The notes under the pieces: model-generated | Told to the model about the DNA's origin: nothing | What the model saw: the letters and a program-made list of their open reading frames with translations, nothing else | Databases searched by the model: none | From: an uncultured Pelagibacteraceae bacterium | GTDB lineage: Bacteria; Pseudomonadota; Alphaproteobacteria; Pelagibacterales; Pelagibacteraceae | Assembly (NCBI GenBank): GCA_902582155.1 | Contig: CACHRI010000001.1 | Coordinates: 73,307-137,306, forward strand | DNA length: 64,000 nucleotides | Direction of reading: 5' to 3' | Shown here: positions 48,715 to 59,658 of the stretch, piece by piece | How positions within the stretch are numbered: position 1 is the stretch's first letter | Layout of the letters: each line of letters starts with the position of its first letter | Translations under genes and position numbers: made by a program

Positions 48715-50768
48715 TCGTTTTTAGAGTAAATAATTTCTGCTTTATCATGCAATTTTATTAAAAAATCAAATCTATCTAAATTTTCATTTTCAATTTTTTT
48801 GATATAATTTTCCGCATAATCGAAAAGATCACTGTGACTAACTGGATCAGCAATTTTGAAAAATTTTTCACCACTTTGCTGATATCCAATTATATCTCCA
48901 AATCCTCTCATTTTCATGTCTTCCTCTGCTATAAAAAAACCATCACTTGATCTTTTTAAAATTTTTATTCTTTGAACACTATTATTTGATAAATTATCCT
49001 TAAATAACAATATACACTTACCTTGTTTGTGACCTCTGCCTACTCTTCCACGTAATTGGTGTAATTGAGCTAATCCAAATTTATTAGCATTTTCAATTAT
49101 TATTAAATTTGCGTCAGGAAAGTCGACTCCAACCTCTATAACTGTTGTAGAAACTAATATCTTTGTTTTTTTTTTTAAAAAATTTTCTAAAATAATGTCT
49201 TTTTTATTTTGTTTTAATTCACCATGTAAAATATTAGTTTCCTTTGGAAATTTTTTTTTTAGCCAATCAAATCTTTTATTAACGGAAGAATAATCTAAAA
49301 CTTGAGAGTCTTTAATTAGAGGACAAACCCAAAAAACTTGATTCCCTTGAGACAAATTTTTCTTTATTATATTAATTAATTCATCAATTTTCTTTTCTGG
49401 TTTAGAATACGTTAATATCGGCAACCTATTTTTGGGCTTTTCTGTCAATCTAGAAACATCCATATCTCCATAAACTGTAAGCATCATTGTTCTCGGTATT
49501 GGTGTTGCTGACATTAATAAAACGTCACAATTTTTTCCTCCTTTTTCGGCAAAAGACATTCTTTGTTTTACTCCAAATTTATGTTGCTCATCAACTATGA
49601 TGTATCCTAAATTTTTAAATTTAATTTTTTTTTGAAATAAAGCATGAGTTCCAACTAAAAGATCAATTTCCCCATTAATTAGTTCTTCAAGTATTTTTTT
49701 TCTAAATTTTGTTTCAGTTTTTCCAGTCAACAGCTTTATTTTAATATTAGTTCTATCAAATATTTTTTTTGCTAACATATAATGTTGCTTCGCAAGTATT
49801 GCTGTCGGTGCCATTAATGCAGTTTGGCAACCAACTTCTATGACATTGGCTGCAGTCATAAATGAAACTATAGTTTTACCCGATCCAACATCACCTTGAA
49901 GTATTCGAAACATTTTTTTATCAGATCTCAAATCTTTATTAATTTCATTAATTATTTCTTCCTGGTTTTGCGTTAATTTAAAACTTAAGTTTTTTAATAT
50001 GATTTTTGACAATGAAGAGGTAAAAATCTTATTCTTTTTTTTAATTTTCTTAAATTTTTTTCTATTTTTAGAAAGAACTATCAAATTTGATAATATTTCA
50101 TCCAAAGCTAATCTTCTAATATATATATTATTTACTTTGTCAGCATTCTCAAAGTTATGTATTTTCAAAAGAGATTCATTCCAGGATCTAAAACCGAATT
50201 TTTTTAAAACTTCACTATCATGCCATTCATCTAAGTGAGGAAGATTATTAATTACTTTTTCAATAATCTTTCTGTACGATTTTTCATTAAGGCCTTCTGT
50301 CAGAGAATATTTTGGAATATTTTTTTTTACATAATCAATTTTATCTAATGATGTGATGTAGCTTGGATTAGTTATTTGATATCTATTTCTATAAAAATTA
50401 ATCTTTCCACTTATCACCACCCATTTATTTATAGGTAAAATTGCCTTTACATAGCCCTCTCTACTATTAAAAAAAACAATATCAATTTTACCAAATTGAT
50501 CTTCACAAATAACTCTATTAGGTAAATTTCTAATTCTAGGAAAATTATATTTTAATACTTTTACTTTAACAGTTTGTATTTTTCCTGACTCTAATTTGTC
50601 AAGTGTCGTCATATTTGAACGATCTGTTGAAGAATATGGGAAATGCCAAAGTAAATCATTAATCTTTTCAATTCTTTTGTTTTTTAAGTATTTACTTAGT
50701 TTCGGACCCACTCCTTTTATAAATGATATGCTTTTAAAAAGATCATCTTTATTTTTAAAAATTGTCAT
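48711..50768 (-). CDS. recG: ATP-dependent DNA helicase RecG
   Basis: QGDVGSGKT, DEQHKFG, SATPIPRT, QLHQLRGRVGRG; ATG 50768. Confidence 0.97.
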   Translation of the reverse strand: MTIFKNKDDLFKSISFIKGVGPKLSKYLKNKRIEKINDLLWHFPYSSTDRSNMTTLDKLESGKIQTVKVKVLKYNFPRIRNLPNRVICEDQFGKIDIVFFNSREGYVKAILPINKWVVISGKINFYRNRYQITNPSYITSLDKIDYVKKNIPKYSLTEGLNEKSYRKIIEKVINNLPHLDEWHDSEVLKKFGFRSWNESLLKIHNFENADKVNNIYIRRLALDEILSNLIVLSKNRKKFKKIKKKNKIFTSSLSKIILKNLSFKLTQNQEEIINEINKDLRSDKKMFRILQGDVGSGKTIVSFMTAANVIEVGCQTALMAPTAILAKQHYMLAKKIFDRTNIKIKLLTGKTETKFRKKILEELINGEIDLLVGTHALFQKKIKFKNLGYIIVDEQHKFGVKQRMSFAEKGGKNCDVLLMSATPIPRTMMLTVYGDMDVSRLTEKPKNRLPILTYSKPEKKIDELINIIKKNLSQGNQVFWVCPLIKDSQVLDYSSVNKRFDWLKKKFPKETNILHGELKQNKKDIILENFLKKKTKILVSTTVIEVGVDFPDANLIIIENANKFGLAQLHQLRGRVGRGHKQGKCILLFKDNLSNNSVQRIKILKRSSDGFFIAEEDMKMRGFGDIIGYQQSGEKFFKIADPVSHSDLFDYAENYIKKIENENLDRFDFLIKLHDKAEIIYSKND

Positions 50769-50793
50769 AGATAATATATAATACATTAATTAA

Positions 50794-51048
50794 ATGATTG
50801 AATTAGAAACTTTAAAGAAAAAAATAATTTATAGAGCAAATTATCGCGGCACAAAGGAGATGGACATGCTGCTAAGTAAATTTGTTGATAAATATATTGA
50901 TACCTTTTCAAAAGATGAGCTTAACGATCTTTTCGACTTTTTAAACATGGAAGATGAAATTATTTATAATTTTTATCAAACAAAAAAATTAGATAAAAAT
51001 ATCAAGAAAAATAAGATATTGGAAATTTTTAGTAATTTTAAAATATAA
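50794..51048 (+). CDS. sdhE: succinate dehydrogenase flavinylation factor (SdhE/Sdh5)
   Basis: RANYRGTKEMD (RGxxE). Confidence 0.93.
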   Translation: MIELETLKKKIIYRANYRGTKEMDMLLSKFVDKYIDTFSKDELNDLFDFLNMEDEIIYNFYQTKKLDKNIKKNKILEIFSNFKI

Positions 51049-51138
51049 TGGCGGAGAGGGTGGGATTCGAACCCACGAACGAGTTGCCCCGTTGCTAGTT
51101 TTCAAGACTAGTGCTTTCAACCGCTCAGCCACCTCTCC
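51049..51138 (-). tRNA. tRNA-Ser(UGA)
   Basis: GGAGAGGTGGCTGAGCGG...CTAGT-CTTGAAA-ACTAG, long variable arm, CCA. Confidence 0.97.
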
Positions 51139-51236
51139 AATCTGATGAACTTAGTAAACTAATACTATTATTAAGAAAAAATAACAATATTCTTATATAT
51201 TCTTCAGATACTAGTTTAAATAAATTTTTTATGATA

Positions 51237-52250
51237 ATGAACAAAATGGCCAAATTCTTATTCAAATTAATTTTAACAGTATATATTTTATTTTTAAATA
51301 CTACTGTTTTAGCAACCGAACAAAGTTTTAATAATTGGCTTAAAGATTTTAAAGAATTTGCTAAAACTGAGGGTATATCCGAAAGCACAATCAACGATAC
51401 ACTCTTAGATGTAAAATTTTTACCAAAAGTTATTGAGTATGATAGATACCAACCAGAATTTTATGAAGATACTTTTACATATATTAGTAAAAGAACAACT
51501 ATTGGAAAAGTAAAAAAAGGACTGTCATTATATTCAAAGGAAAAAGAATTAATTAATACTATAGAAAAAAAATTTTCAGTGGAAAAGGAACTTTTATTAT
51601 CGTTAATGGGAATTGAAACAAATTTTGGTAAATATTTAGGAAAAATGGACATTCTTTCATCATTAGCAACTCTAAGTTTTGATAAAAGAAGAAGTGAATT
51701 TTTTACGAACGAATTATTAATTTTATTAAAACTAATTGATAAAAAGATAATAGATAAAAACATCTTATTTGGATCATGGGCCGGCGCTTTTGGAAATTTT
51801 CAATTTATGCCATCCACAATTAAAAATTATGCAATAGACTATAATAAAAATTCTGATATTGAACTAAAGAAAATTGATGACTCTTTTGCTTCAGCAGCAA
51901 ATTATATTAAAAAGATAGGATGGCAAAAAGATTCCCCTTGCTTTATAAAAATCAAATTAAATAAAGATATCCCTTTAGAATATCTCAATACTTCAGCAAA
52001 AAAACTTAAAAATAAAAAAAAAGTAAAATTCCTTAAAAAATTTATAAAAAATTCAGACTCCCTTAAAGTTCATGATAACCTTATAGCGGCAATAATCACA
52101 CCAGATAAAGATATTGTACCCGGCTCAAATAATTTAAAACCAGCATATTTGGTTTTCAATAATTACGAATTAATATTAAAATGGAATAGATCATTAAGAT
52201 TTGCTCTTGCGGTTTGTACCTTAAAAGAAAAATTTGAAAATGAAATATAA
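51237..52250 (+). CDS. mltB: lytic murein transglycosylase (MltB family)
   Basis: QPEF, GIETNFG, GSWAGAFGNFQFMPS, WNRS; start uncertain (51231/51237/51246). Confidence 0.9.
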   Translation: MNKMAKFLFKLILTVYILFLNTTVLATEQSFNNWLKDFKEFAKTEGISESTINDTLLDVKFLPKVIEYDRYQPEFYEDTFTYISKRTTIGKVKKGLSLYSKEKELINTIEKKFSVEKELLLSLMGIETNFGKYLGKMDILSSLATLSFDKRRSEFFTNELLILLKLIDKKIIDKNILFGSWAGAFGNFQFMPSTIKNYAIDYNKNSDIELKKIDDSFASAANYIKKIGWQKDSPCFIKIKLNKDIPLEYLNTSAKKLKNKKKVKFLKKFIKNSDSLKVHDNLIAAIITPDKDIVPGSNNLKPAYLVFNNYELILKWNRSLRFALAVCTLKEKFENEI

Positions 52251-52974
52251 TTTTATAATTGTGTTATTTTTTTTACTATCTTGTTCAGCAACTACATCAG
52301 GCAGTTATAAAAAACCAGGATATATTTCCAAAGGTTTTGCCTATATTTATTCTTCAGAAGACTATGAGAATAAAGTAATTAAAAAGAAGATTAATAATAA
52401 TAATTTAATTATTAGTAATAAAAATATACGGAGAGGAGCTTTGGTTAAAATTACCAATCCTAACAATGGAAAAAATATCTTACTTAAAAATAATTTTAAA
52501 ACAAATTACCCAGATTTTTATAAGATAATGTTGAGCAAAGCTGTTTCAAACAATCTTGGTTTGGATGAAGATTTCCCTTTTGTAGAAATTGAGGCGTTAA
52601 AAAAAAATAAATCTTTTATTGCAAAAAGTGCTGAGACTCATGAAGAAGAAAGACAGCTAAAAAATAATGCACCAGTTGAAAAAGTTTCAATTAGCAATAT
52701 TAGTAAAAATAAAACAAGAGTTAAAAATACAAAAAAAGAATTTGTTATTATTCTGGGTAGTTTTTATTCTTTAGAATCAGCTCTATTATTAAAAAAAAGA
52801 ATTAAATCTGAGTCTAATGAGCTTAAAAATAGAAAAATCTCAATTTTAAAAAAAAATAAACATAATTTTGAGGTTTTTTTAGGTCCATATAAGACTATTA
52901 AAAAGATCAAAAATGATTACATTGCTCTTAAGAAAATAAATTTTGATGAGGTGGATTTAAAGATTTATGATTAA
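52240..52974 (+). CDS. RlpA-like lipoprotein with degenerate DPBB and C-terminal SPOR-like domain
   Basis: Lipobox LLSC, VKITNPNNGK, LGSF...VFLGPY; mltB-X-dacA-tmk synteny. Confidence 0.7.
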   Translation: MKYNFIIVLFFLLSCSATTSGSYKKPGYISKGFAYIYSSEDYENKVIKKKINNNNLIISNKNIRRGALVKITNPNNGKNILLKNNFKTNYPDFYKIMLSKAVSNNLGLDEDFPFVEIEALKKNKSFIAKSAETHEEERQLKNNAPVEKVSISNISKNKTRVKNTKKEFVIILGSFYSLESALLLKKRIKSESNELKNRKISILKKNKHNFEVFLGPYKTIKKIKNDYIALKKINFDEVDLKIYD

Positions 52975-54118
52975 AAAACTAATAATATATTTTTTTATTT
53001 TTTCAGTTTTTACAATAAAATTATTTGCAAACCCAAAAGTTGATGTAAAAACTGCTATACTAATCGACCATGACTCCAATGAAGTTATTTATGAATTAGA
53101 ACCTGATATGAGCATTTATCCGGCATCTATGACAAAAATAATGACTGCTATAGTTGTTTTTGATTTACTAAAAGATAACAAATTAAGTCTTGAGGATAAA
53201 TTTGTAATATCAGAAAAGGCTTGGAGATTATCTCAAAGTGGTTACTCATCAATGTTTCTAATGATAAACGATGAAGTTACGGTTGATGATTTGTTAAAGG
53301 GTATTATTATTGCTTCGGGTAATGACGCTTGCATCGCCATAGCTGAAGGTATAGCAGGATCTGAAGAAAATTTTGCTGATATTATGAATGAAAAGGCAAG
53401 CGAACTTGGCATGACTAATTCAAACTTTGCCAATTCATCAGGAATTAATAATCCAGATAATTATTCTACAGTGAGAGATATAGCAATTATGTCTCAGTAT
53501 TTAATTAAAAATCATCCTGGTTACTATGAGTTGTTTAAAGAAACAACTTTTACATGGGATAGGACAGGAGGAGATCCAATTACACAGGGCAACAGAAATC
53601 CTTTACTTTATAAAAGAGTAGGAGTAGACGGAATTAAAACAGGTTATTTGGCTGTTGAGAAATATTCTTTAGCTAGCACAATGAAAAGAGATCAAAGAAG
53701 ATTAATAGCGGTCGCTAGCGGATTTCAAACTAAACAAACGAGATCAACAGGATCTTTAAAACTTTTAAGCTGGGGGTTCAGAAACACTGATACTTTTGAA
53801 ATTTCAAAAGAAAATGAAACTGTATTCCCTGTAAAATCATGGTTAGGTAAAAATGAAGAAATTAAGGGTGTCACAAAAGAAGATATATATATCACCTTAA
53901 TGAAAAAAGAGGCCAGAGGTTTGAAAGTAAACTTAAATTATAATGGGCCTGTTAAAGCACCAATAGATAAAGATCAAAAAATCGCTAATGTAGAAATTTT
54001 TATAAAGGATAAATTAATTAAAAAAGTACCTGTTTATGCATCTGAAAAAGTAGAAAAAGTGAATGTTTTTAAAAGTTTATTTATGTCATTGAATTACTTA
54101 ATTTGGGGTGATGTATAA
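52967..54118 (+). CDS. dacA: D-alanyl-D-alanine carboxypeptidase
   Basis: PASMTK, SGN, KTG motifs. Confidence 0.93.
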   Translation: MIKKLIIYFFIFSVFTIKLFANPKVDVKTAILIDHDSNEVIYELEPDMSIYPASMTKIMTAIVVFDLLKDNKLSLEDKFVISEKAWRLSQSGYSSMFLMINDEVTVDDLLKGIIIASGNDACIAIAEGIAGSEENFADIMNEKASELGMTNSNFANSSGINNPDNYSTVRDIAIMSQYLIKNHPGYYELFKETTFTWDRTGGDPITQGNRNPLLYKRVGVDGIKTGYLAVEKYSLASTMKRDQRRLIAVASGFQTKQTRSTGSLKLLSWGFRNTDTFEISKENETVFPVKSWLGKNEEIKGVTKEDIYITLMKKEARGLKVNLNYNGPVKAPIDKDQKIANVEIFIKDKLIKKVPVYASEKVEKVNVFKSLFMSLNYLIWGDV

Positions 54119-54755
54119 AAAAAAGTTTTTTATTGTTTTTGAAGGTATTGAAGGAAGTGGCAAATCCTATCAATCAAAAATTTTATTTAAAAAATTAAAA
54201 AAGAATAAACAAAAAGTAATCCACACCAGAGAACCAGGCGGCACTAGAGGAGCAGAAATTATTCGAAATATCATTCTAAAAGATTATTTTGAAAAAAATA
54301 AAAAAATCAAATTTGATAAATATACCGACACCTTACTATATTTAGCTGCAAGGAATGAACATGTTATAAATAAAATTTTACCTGCGCTTAAAAGAAAAAA
54401 AATAATAATATGTGATAGATTTGTAGACTCAACGTTAGCATATCAAGTTTATGGAAAAAAAGTTTCTTTAAAATTTATTAATAACATACATAAGCAAATA
54501 CTTAAAAAGATTACTCCAGATTTAACTTTTATATTAAAAGTTGAAAAAAAATCTTTTTTAAAAAGATTAAAAAAAAGAAAAACAAGAAATCGTTATGATA
54601 ATTTTCCAGTAAATTTTTATCTTAAGGCTCAAAAAGCATTTATAAAAATTGCTAAAAATAGAAAAAAATATATAATTTTAAATTCTTCAGAAAATACAAC
54701 TGCTTTACAAAAAAAAATATATGAAATAGTAAAAAATAAGTTAAGGATTACTTAA
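54111..54755 (+). CDS. tmk: thymidylate kinase
   Basis: FEGIEGSGKS, TREPGG, CDRF...AYQ. Confidence 0.96.
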   Translation: MYKKKFFIVFEGIEGSGKSYQSKILFKKLKKNKQKVIHTREPGGTRGAEIIRNIILKDYFEKNKKIKFDKYTDTLLYLAARNEHVINKILPALKRKKIIICDRFVDSTLAYQVYGKKVSLKFINNIHKQILKKITPDLTFILKVEKKSFLKRLKKRKTRNRYDNFPVNFYLKAQKAFIKIAKNRKKYIILNSSENTTALQKKIYEIVKNKLRIT

Positions 54756-55663
54756 TGCTTGATCAAAAACACTCTTCTCGTAAACTTTTAGGTTTAAATA
54801 GCTATTTTTCAAAAATTATAAAATTGATTGATATAAATAAGTTGCCAAAAATAATTATGTTGACTGGTAAAAAGGGCCAAGGAAAATCTATTCTAACACA
54901 TCACATATTAGCTTATTATTTTGATAGAAATAACTATAATTTAGAAAAAAATATTATAATGGAAGGAAATAAAATTTATAATGATTTAAGAGAAAACTCA
55001 GATTCTAACATTCTATATTTTAATTGTGCTGATCAAAACATTAAGATTGAAAACATCAGAAAACTTAGAACAGATCTACAAAAAACTTCTTTAAATACTA
55101 AAAATAGATATATAGTTTTTGATGATGTTGAGAACTTAAATATTAATTGTGTAAATGCCTTACTAAAGACAATTGAGGAGCCTACAGAGATTAATTATTT
55201 TATTCTCATTAATAATCAATCAAAACCAATTTTAGATACTTTAAAATCACGCTCTATAGAAATTAATATTTTTTTAAATCAAAATCAAAGAAACCAAATA
55301 ATAGAAGCACTAACCCAAAAGTTAGAAATTGAACATAAAATCGATTTAAATAATAACTATTTGACCCCAGGTAATTTTTTAAAATTTAATCAAATCGCTT
55401 TTGATGAAAAAATTGATGTTTATGAATTATCAATATCAGAAGTAGAAAAACTAATTAAATTATATAAAACAAAAAAAAACAAAGATTACTTAGACTTTGT
55501 GATTTATTATATAAATATTAATTTTTATAGAAAATCTCTTAACCTAGGTAAAATTGATGAATACAGTAAAAAAAAATCTTTTATTGCAAAAAAAATTCAT
55601 GATTTCTATACTTTAAATTTAAATCAATCGAACCTTATATCTGAAATACAAAATTATATTTAA
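54755..55663 (+). CDS. holB: DNA polymerase III delta' subunit
   Basis: GKKGQGKS, NALLKTIEEP, TLKSR; tmk-holB-metG synteny. Confidence 0.88.
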   Translation: MLDQKHSSRKLLGLNSYFSKIIKLIDINKLPKIIMLTGKKGQGKSILTHHILAYYFDRNNYNLEKNIIMEGNKIYNDLRENSDSNILYFNCADQNIKIENIRKLRTDLQKTSLNTKNRYIVFDDVENLNINCVNALLKTIEEPTEINYFILINNQSKPILDTLKSRSIEINIFLNQNQRNQIIEALTQKLEIEHKIDLNNNYLTPGNFLKFNQIAFDEKIDVYELSISEVEKLIKLYKTKKNKDYLDFVIYYININFYRKSLNLGKIDEYSKKKSFIAKKIHDFYTLNLNQSNLISEIQNYI

Positions 55664-57195
55664 TGAGCGAAAAAAACTATTACATTACAACACCAATTTA
55701 TTACCCATCAGGAAAACCTCATATGGGACATGCTTATTCAAGTATTATTGCTGATGTACTAGCTAGGTTTAAAAAGCTAGAAGGTTTTAATGTTTATTTT
55801 TTAACAGGCACAGATGAACATGGATTAAAAATTCAAAGAGAAGCTGAAAAAAATAATAAAGATACTCAGTTATTTTGCGATGAAATATCAAAAAAATTTA
55901 AAGATTTAACAAAAATTCTAAATTTATCGAATAATGATTTTATTAGAACAACTGAAAAAAGACATTTTAAATCAGTTGAAGCTTTATGGAACAAATTAGT
56001 AGCCTCCGGAGATATATATTTAGATAAATATAATGGATGGTATTCTGTTTCTGATGAAGCATATTATGATGAAGATGAAATTGAGCAAATTGATGGAATA
56101 AAAAAATCTAAAACTTCAGGCTCAACAGTTGAATGGGTAGAAGAGGAATCTTATTTTTTTAAACTTTCAAACTGGTCAGAAAAATTATTAAATTTCTATA
56201 AGGCTAATCCAAATTTTATTTTACCAAAATCGCGTAAAAATGAAGTCATAAGCTTTGTAGAAAAAGGTCTTAAAGATTTATCAGTAAGCAGAACTTCATT
56301 TTCATGGGGAATACCAGTCCCAAAAAATGAAAAACACGTAATCTATGTTTGGCTTGATGCTTTAACAAATTATTTAAGCGCTATTGACTATCCTGATACA
56401 TCTTCCAAAATTTATAAAAGTTTTTGGCCAGCAGATCTTCATGTAATTGGGAAAGATATTTTAAGATTTCACGCAATTTATTGGCCTGCTTTTTTAATGG
56501 CTGCTAATATTCCGTTGCCAAAGAGAGTATTTGGTCATGGATGGATTTTATCTGATGAAAAAAAGATGTCAAAATCAATTGGAAATATTCTTGATCCAAT
56601 AGAGATAATTAAAGATTACGGAATTGATCAATTAAGATATTATTTAATAAAAGAAGTTTCATTAGGAAATGATGGAAACGTATCACTAGAAAATTTAACA
56701 AACTGCATAAATAATGATTTAGCAAATAATTACGGCAATTTGTGTCAAAGAGTTTTTTCCTTTATTAAAAAAAATTGTTCTAATAAAATTCCAAAGTGTG
56801 ACGTTTTCTCAAGTGAAGATAAAAAATTAACAGAAAAACTTAAAAAGGATATACCAGATTTAAAAAAATTAGTTAACAATCAAGATTTAAATTATTATAT
56901 TAAGAAAGTAATCGAATATTCTTTTGACTCTAACAAATATTTTAATGACACAGAGCCATGGTCATTAAAAAAAAAGGATTTAAAGAAAATGAATGCTGTA
57001 ATATTTTCAGCGGTAGAACAAATAAAAAATATAAGTATTCTTTTATTACCGATTATACCAAATAGCGCAAATAAAATACTAGATATCATAAATGTAGATA
57101 ATGAATTTCGACAGATAGTAAATATTACTAGTGGCAGCCTTAATCACGATAAAGAGCTAGGCAATATTGAGATCTTGTTTAAAAAGGTAGAATGA
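55663..57195 (+). CDS. metG: methionine--tRNA ligase
   Basis: ITTPIYY...HMGH, YVWLDAL, KMSKS. Confidence 0.98.
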   Translation: MSEKNYYITTPIYYPSGKPHMGHAYSSIIADVLARFKKLEGFNVYFLTGTDEHGLKIQREAEKNNKDTQLFCDEISKKFKDLTKILNLSNNDFIRTTEKRHFKSVEALWNKLVASGDIYLDKYNGWYSVSDEAYYDEDEIEQIDGIKKSKTSGSTVEWVEEESYFFKLSNWSEKLLNFYKANPNFILPKSRKNEVISFVEKGLKDLSVSRTSFSWGIPVPKNEKHVIYVWLDALTNYLSAIDYPDTSSKIYKSFWPADLHVIGKDILRFHAIYWPAFLMAANIPLPKRVFGHGWILSDEKKMSKSIGNILDPIEIIKDYGIDQLRYYLIKEVSLGNDGNVSLENLTNCINNDLANNYGNLCQRVFSFIKKNCSNKIPKCDVFSSEDKKLTEKLKKDIPDLKKLVNNQDLNYYIKKVIEYSFDSNKYFNDTEPWSLKKKDLKKMNAVIFSAVEQIKNISILLLPIIPNSANKILDIINVDNEFRQIVNITSGSLNHDKELGNIEILFKKVE

Positions 57196-57971
57196 TGTTA
57201 ATAGACTCTCATTGTCATCTTGATTACGAGCCAATTTATTCTTCCATAGATGAAGTTATTGATAGAGCTATTAAATCAAGTGTGAAATTTATGTTAACTA
57301 TTTCAGTCACAGATAAGAAATACGAATTGATACTAGCGATAGTAAAAAAATATGCAAATGTTTATGGAACTTATGGGATACATCCGCATGAAGCAAAAAA
57401 TCATAAAGAAATGACAAAAGAAATTATTTTAAGCAAGTTAGCTGTTAACAAGAAAATAATTGGTATAGGTGAAACAGGTTTAGATTTCTATTATAACCAT
57501 TCTGATAAAGCCGACCAGATTAAATTATTTGAGGAGCATATTCAGGCTTCTATAAAAAGTAAATTACCTTTGATTATTCACTCTCGAAACGCAGAAAAAG
57601 AAACATTCGAAATACTTTCTAGCTATGCTCGAAATAATGATTTAAGAATTTTAATGCACTGCTTTACAGGATCTCAAGGTTTTTCAAAAAAATTATTGGA
57701 CTTAAATGCTTATTTTTCAGCAAGTGGTATCATTACGTTTAAAAAGAATGATGATTTAAAAGAAACCTTTAAAACAATACCATTAAATAAGATATTAGTT
57801 GAAACAGATGCTCCATACTTATCACCTGAACCTCTTAGAGGTAAATCTAATGAGCCTTCACATGTAATTCATACAGCAAAATACTTAGCTAATCTTAAAA
57901 AAATTGATTTCGAAGAATTTTGCAAATCAACATCGGAAAACTTTTTTAAACTTTTTGGTAAATTAAATTGA
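57192..57971 (+). CDS. tatD: TatD family hydrolase
   Basis: DSHCHL, GETGLD, IHSR, HCF, ETDAPYL. Confidence 0.93.
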   Translation: MMLIDSHCHLDYEPIYSSIDEVIDRAIKSSVKFMLTISVTDKKYELILAIVKKYANVYGTYGIHPHEAKNHKEMTKEIILSKLAVNKKIIGIGETGLDFYYNHSDKADQIKLFEEHIQASIKSKLPLIIHSRNAEKETFEILSSYARNNDLRILMHCFTGSQGFSKKLLDLNAYFSASGIITFKKNDDLKETFKTIPLNKILVETDAPYLSPEPLRGKSNEPSHVIHTAKYLANLKKIDFEEFCKSTSENFFKLFGKLN

Positions 57972-58738
57972 AAAATAAATTTACTATATTGGGTTGTGGA
58001 AGTTCACTTGGAGCACCGTGGATTACGAATTATTGGGGAAAATTAGATAATAAAAATCCCAAAAACCTTAGAACAAGATGTTGTGCCCATATTAAATATA
58101 AAGAGCTATCTATTCTAATTGACACTTCTCCGGATATAAAAAATCAAATAAAAAAAAATAATATTAAAGACATAGATGCAGTTATTTATACCCATGAACA
58201 TGCGGATCAAACAGTTGGTATTTTTGAATTACGACCTTTTTTTTGGAAAAATAAAAAAAAAATACCTATTTATGGGAGCAAAAGAACAATAAAGAATTTA
58301 CGTCAAAAATATACTTTTTGTTTTTTACCAAGGTCAGGATACCAACCTATAATGAAGTCTTATATTTTTAAAAAGAATTTTGTCTTAAAAAAAAATAGCA
58401 CTAAATTAAATATGCAGGCTTTAGAACTACAACATGGACTAATTAAGGCTAATGGTTTTTTGTTTAATAAAATAGCCTATTTAAGTGATTGCAATAAAAT
58501 TCCAAAAAAAGAATTTAATAAACTTAAAAATTTAGATTATCTTATAATCGATTGTCTAAGAAAGACTCCGCATCCATCACATTTACATTATGATGAAACT
58601 TTAAAAATCGCTAAAATATTAAAAGCAAAAAAAACTATTTTGACGAATTTACACGTTGATTTAGACTATTTGAGTTTAAAAAGAAGGCTACCAAAGAATA
58701 TTATACCAGCTTATGATGGTTTAAACTTTAACTTTTGA
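57968..58738 (+). CDS. MBL-fold metallo-hydrolase (PhnP/YycJ-like)
   Basis: LGCGSS, THEHADQ, AYLSD; TTG start overlapping tatD stop. Confidence 0.88.
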   Translation: MKNKFTILGCGSSLGAPWITNYWGKLDNKNPKNLRTRCCAHIKYKELSILIDTSPDIKNQIKKNNIKDIDAVIYTHEHADQTVGIFELRPFFWKNKKKIPIYGSKRTIKNLRQKYTFCFLPRSGYQPIMKSYIFKKNFVLKKNSTKLNMQALELQHGLIKANGFLFNKIAYLSDCNKIPKKEFNKLKNLDYLIIDCLRKTPHPSHLHYDETLKIAKILKAKKTILTNLHVDLDYLSLKRRLPKNIIPAYDGLNFNF

Positions 58739-59270
58739 CTTCCTTGTCAATGATGTTCATAAACTTCTTAGAACTTGGTTTTGTAAAAGAAGCAAATGTA
58801 TCTAAAACTCTTCCATTTTTTCCAACTACAATTTTGTGAAAATTCCATTTAGGTATAGCTCCAATGCCATAATTCTTTTTTGCCCATTTAAAAAAAGGAT
58901 GTGCATTTGAACCTATCACATCCATTTTTTCAGTCATCGGAAAATTAACGCCGAAATTTGTTTCACAAAATTCTTTAATTTGTGCGTTGTTTTTAGGTTC
59001 TTGTTTAAAGTTATTTGTTGGAACTCCAATAACTACTAAATCTTTTTTGTAATTATTCCAAAGTGTTTGCAAATCTTCATATTGAGGTGTGTACCCACAT
59101 CGACTAGCTACATTAACTACGACTATCACTTTATTTTTATAATTATTTAATTCTATTTTTTCACCGTCAATACCGGTAAAATTAAAATCATACGCTAGTT
59201 TATGATAGTTTGCTGATGTAGTTGAAGAAAAACTAAAGATCATAATAATTAATACTAATTTTTTTATCAT
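58728..59270 (-). CDS. glutathione peroxidase family protein with signal peptide
   Basis: NVASRCGYT, NNFKQEP, WNFHK. Confidence 0.92.
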   Translation of the reverse strand: MIKKLVLIIMIFSFSSTTSANYHKLAYDFNFTGIDGEKIELNNYKNKVIVVVNVASRCGYTPQYEDLQTLWNNYKKDLVVIGVPTNNFKQEPKNNAQIKEFCETNFGVNFPMTEKMDVIGSNAHPFFKWAKKNYGIGAIPKWNFHKIVVGKNGRVLDTFASFTKPSSKKFMNIIDKEVKS

Positions 59271-59271
59271 A

Positions 59272-59658
59272 CTATTTAATTGCTTTATAAAAAGCTTTAA
59301 AAGGTAAAAGTATACAATCTTTTCTTTTCATATATTTATCTTTCAACAAGTAAGTTAAATTACCAAATTTTTTTGGTACTTTTTTACTAAAATTTAAATA
59401 TTTACTTAAATTTTCCTTTAAATCACTCAAGTTAGTATTTTTTGCTATATTTGCTAATGTACTTGCAGAAGCTTGGCAAAAAATACATGCTTCAGTCTCA
59501 TATCTTAATTCTTGGATATTATTTTTTTTTATTGAAATTTCTATGGATATTTTGTCGCCGCAAATTGAATTTTTAAGATTGGTTTTATAAGTATAGTTAT
59601 TCTTCAAACCATAAAACCTAGTATTAGATGCAATTTTTAACAATTTTTTATCAATCAT
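59272..59658 (-). CDS. NifU-N/SufU-like Fe-S assembly protein
   Basis: NSICGD, ACIFCQASAS, RKDCILLP. Confidence 0.75.
   Translation of the reverse strand: MIDKKLLKIASNTRFYGLKNNYTYKTNLKNSICGDKISIEISIKKNNIQELRYETEACIFCQASASTLANIAKNTNLSDLKENLSKYLNFSKKVPKKFGNLTYLLKDKYMKRKDCILLPFKAFYKAIK

Noticed and set aside
51111-51230. Long N-terminal extension of MltB in the ORF track
   Set aside because: Overlaps tRNA-Ser on the opposite strand; a signal peptide begins near 51237-51246
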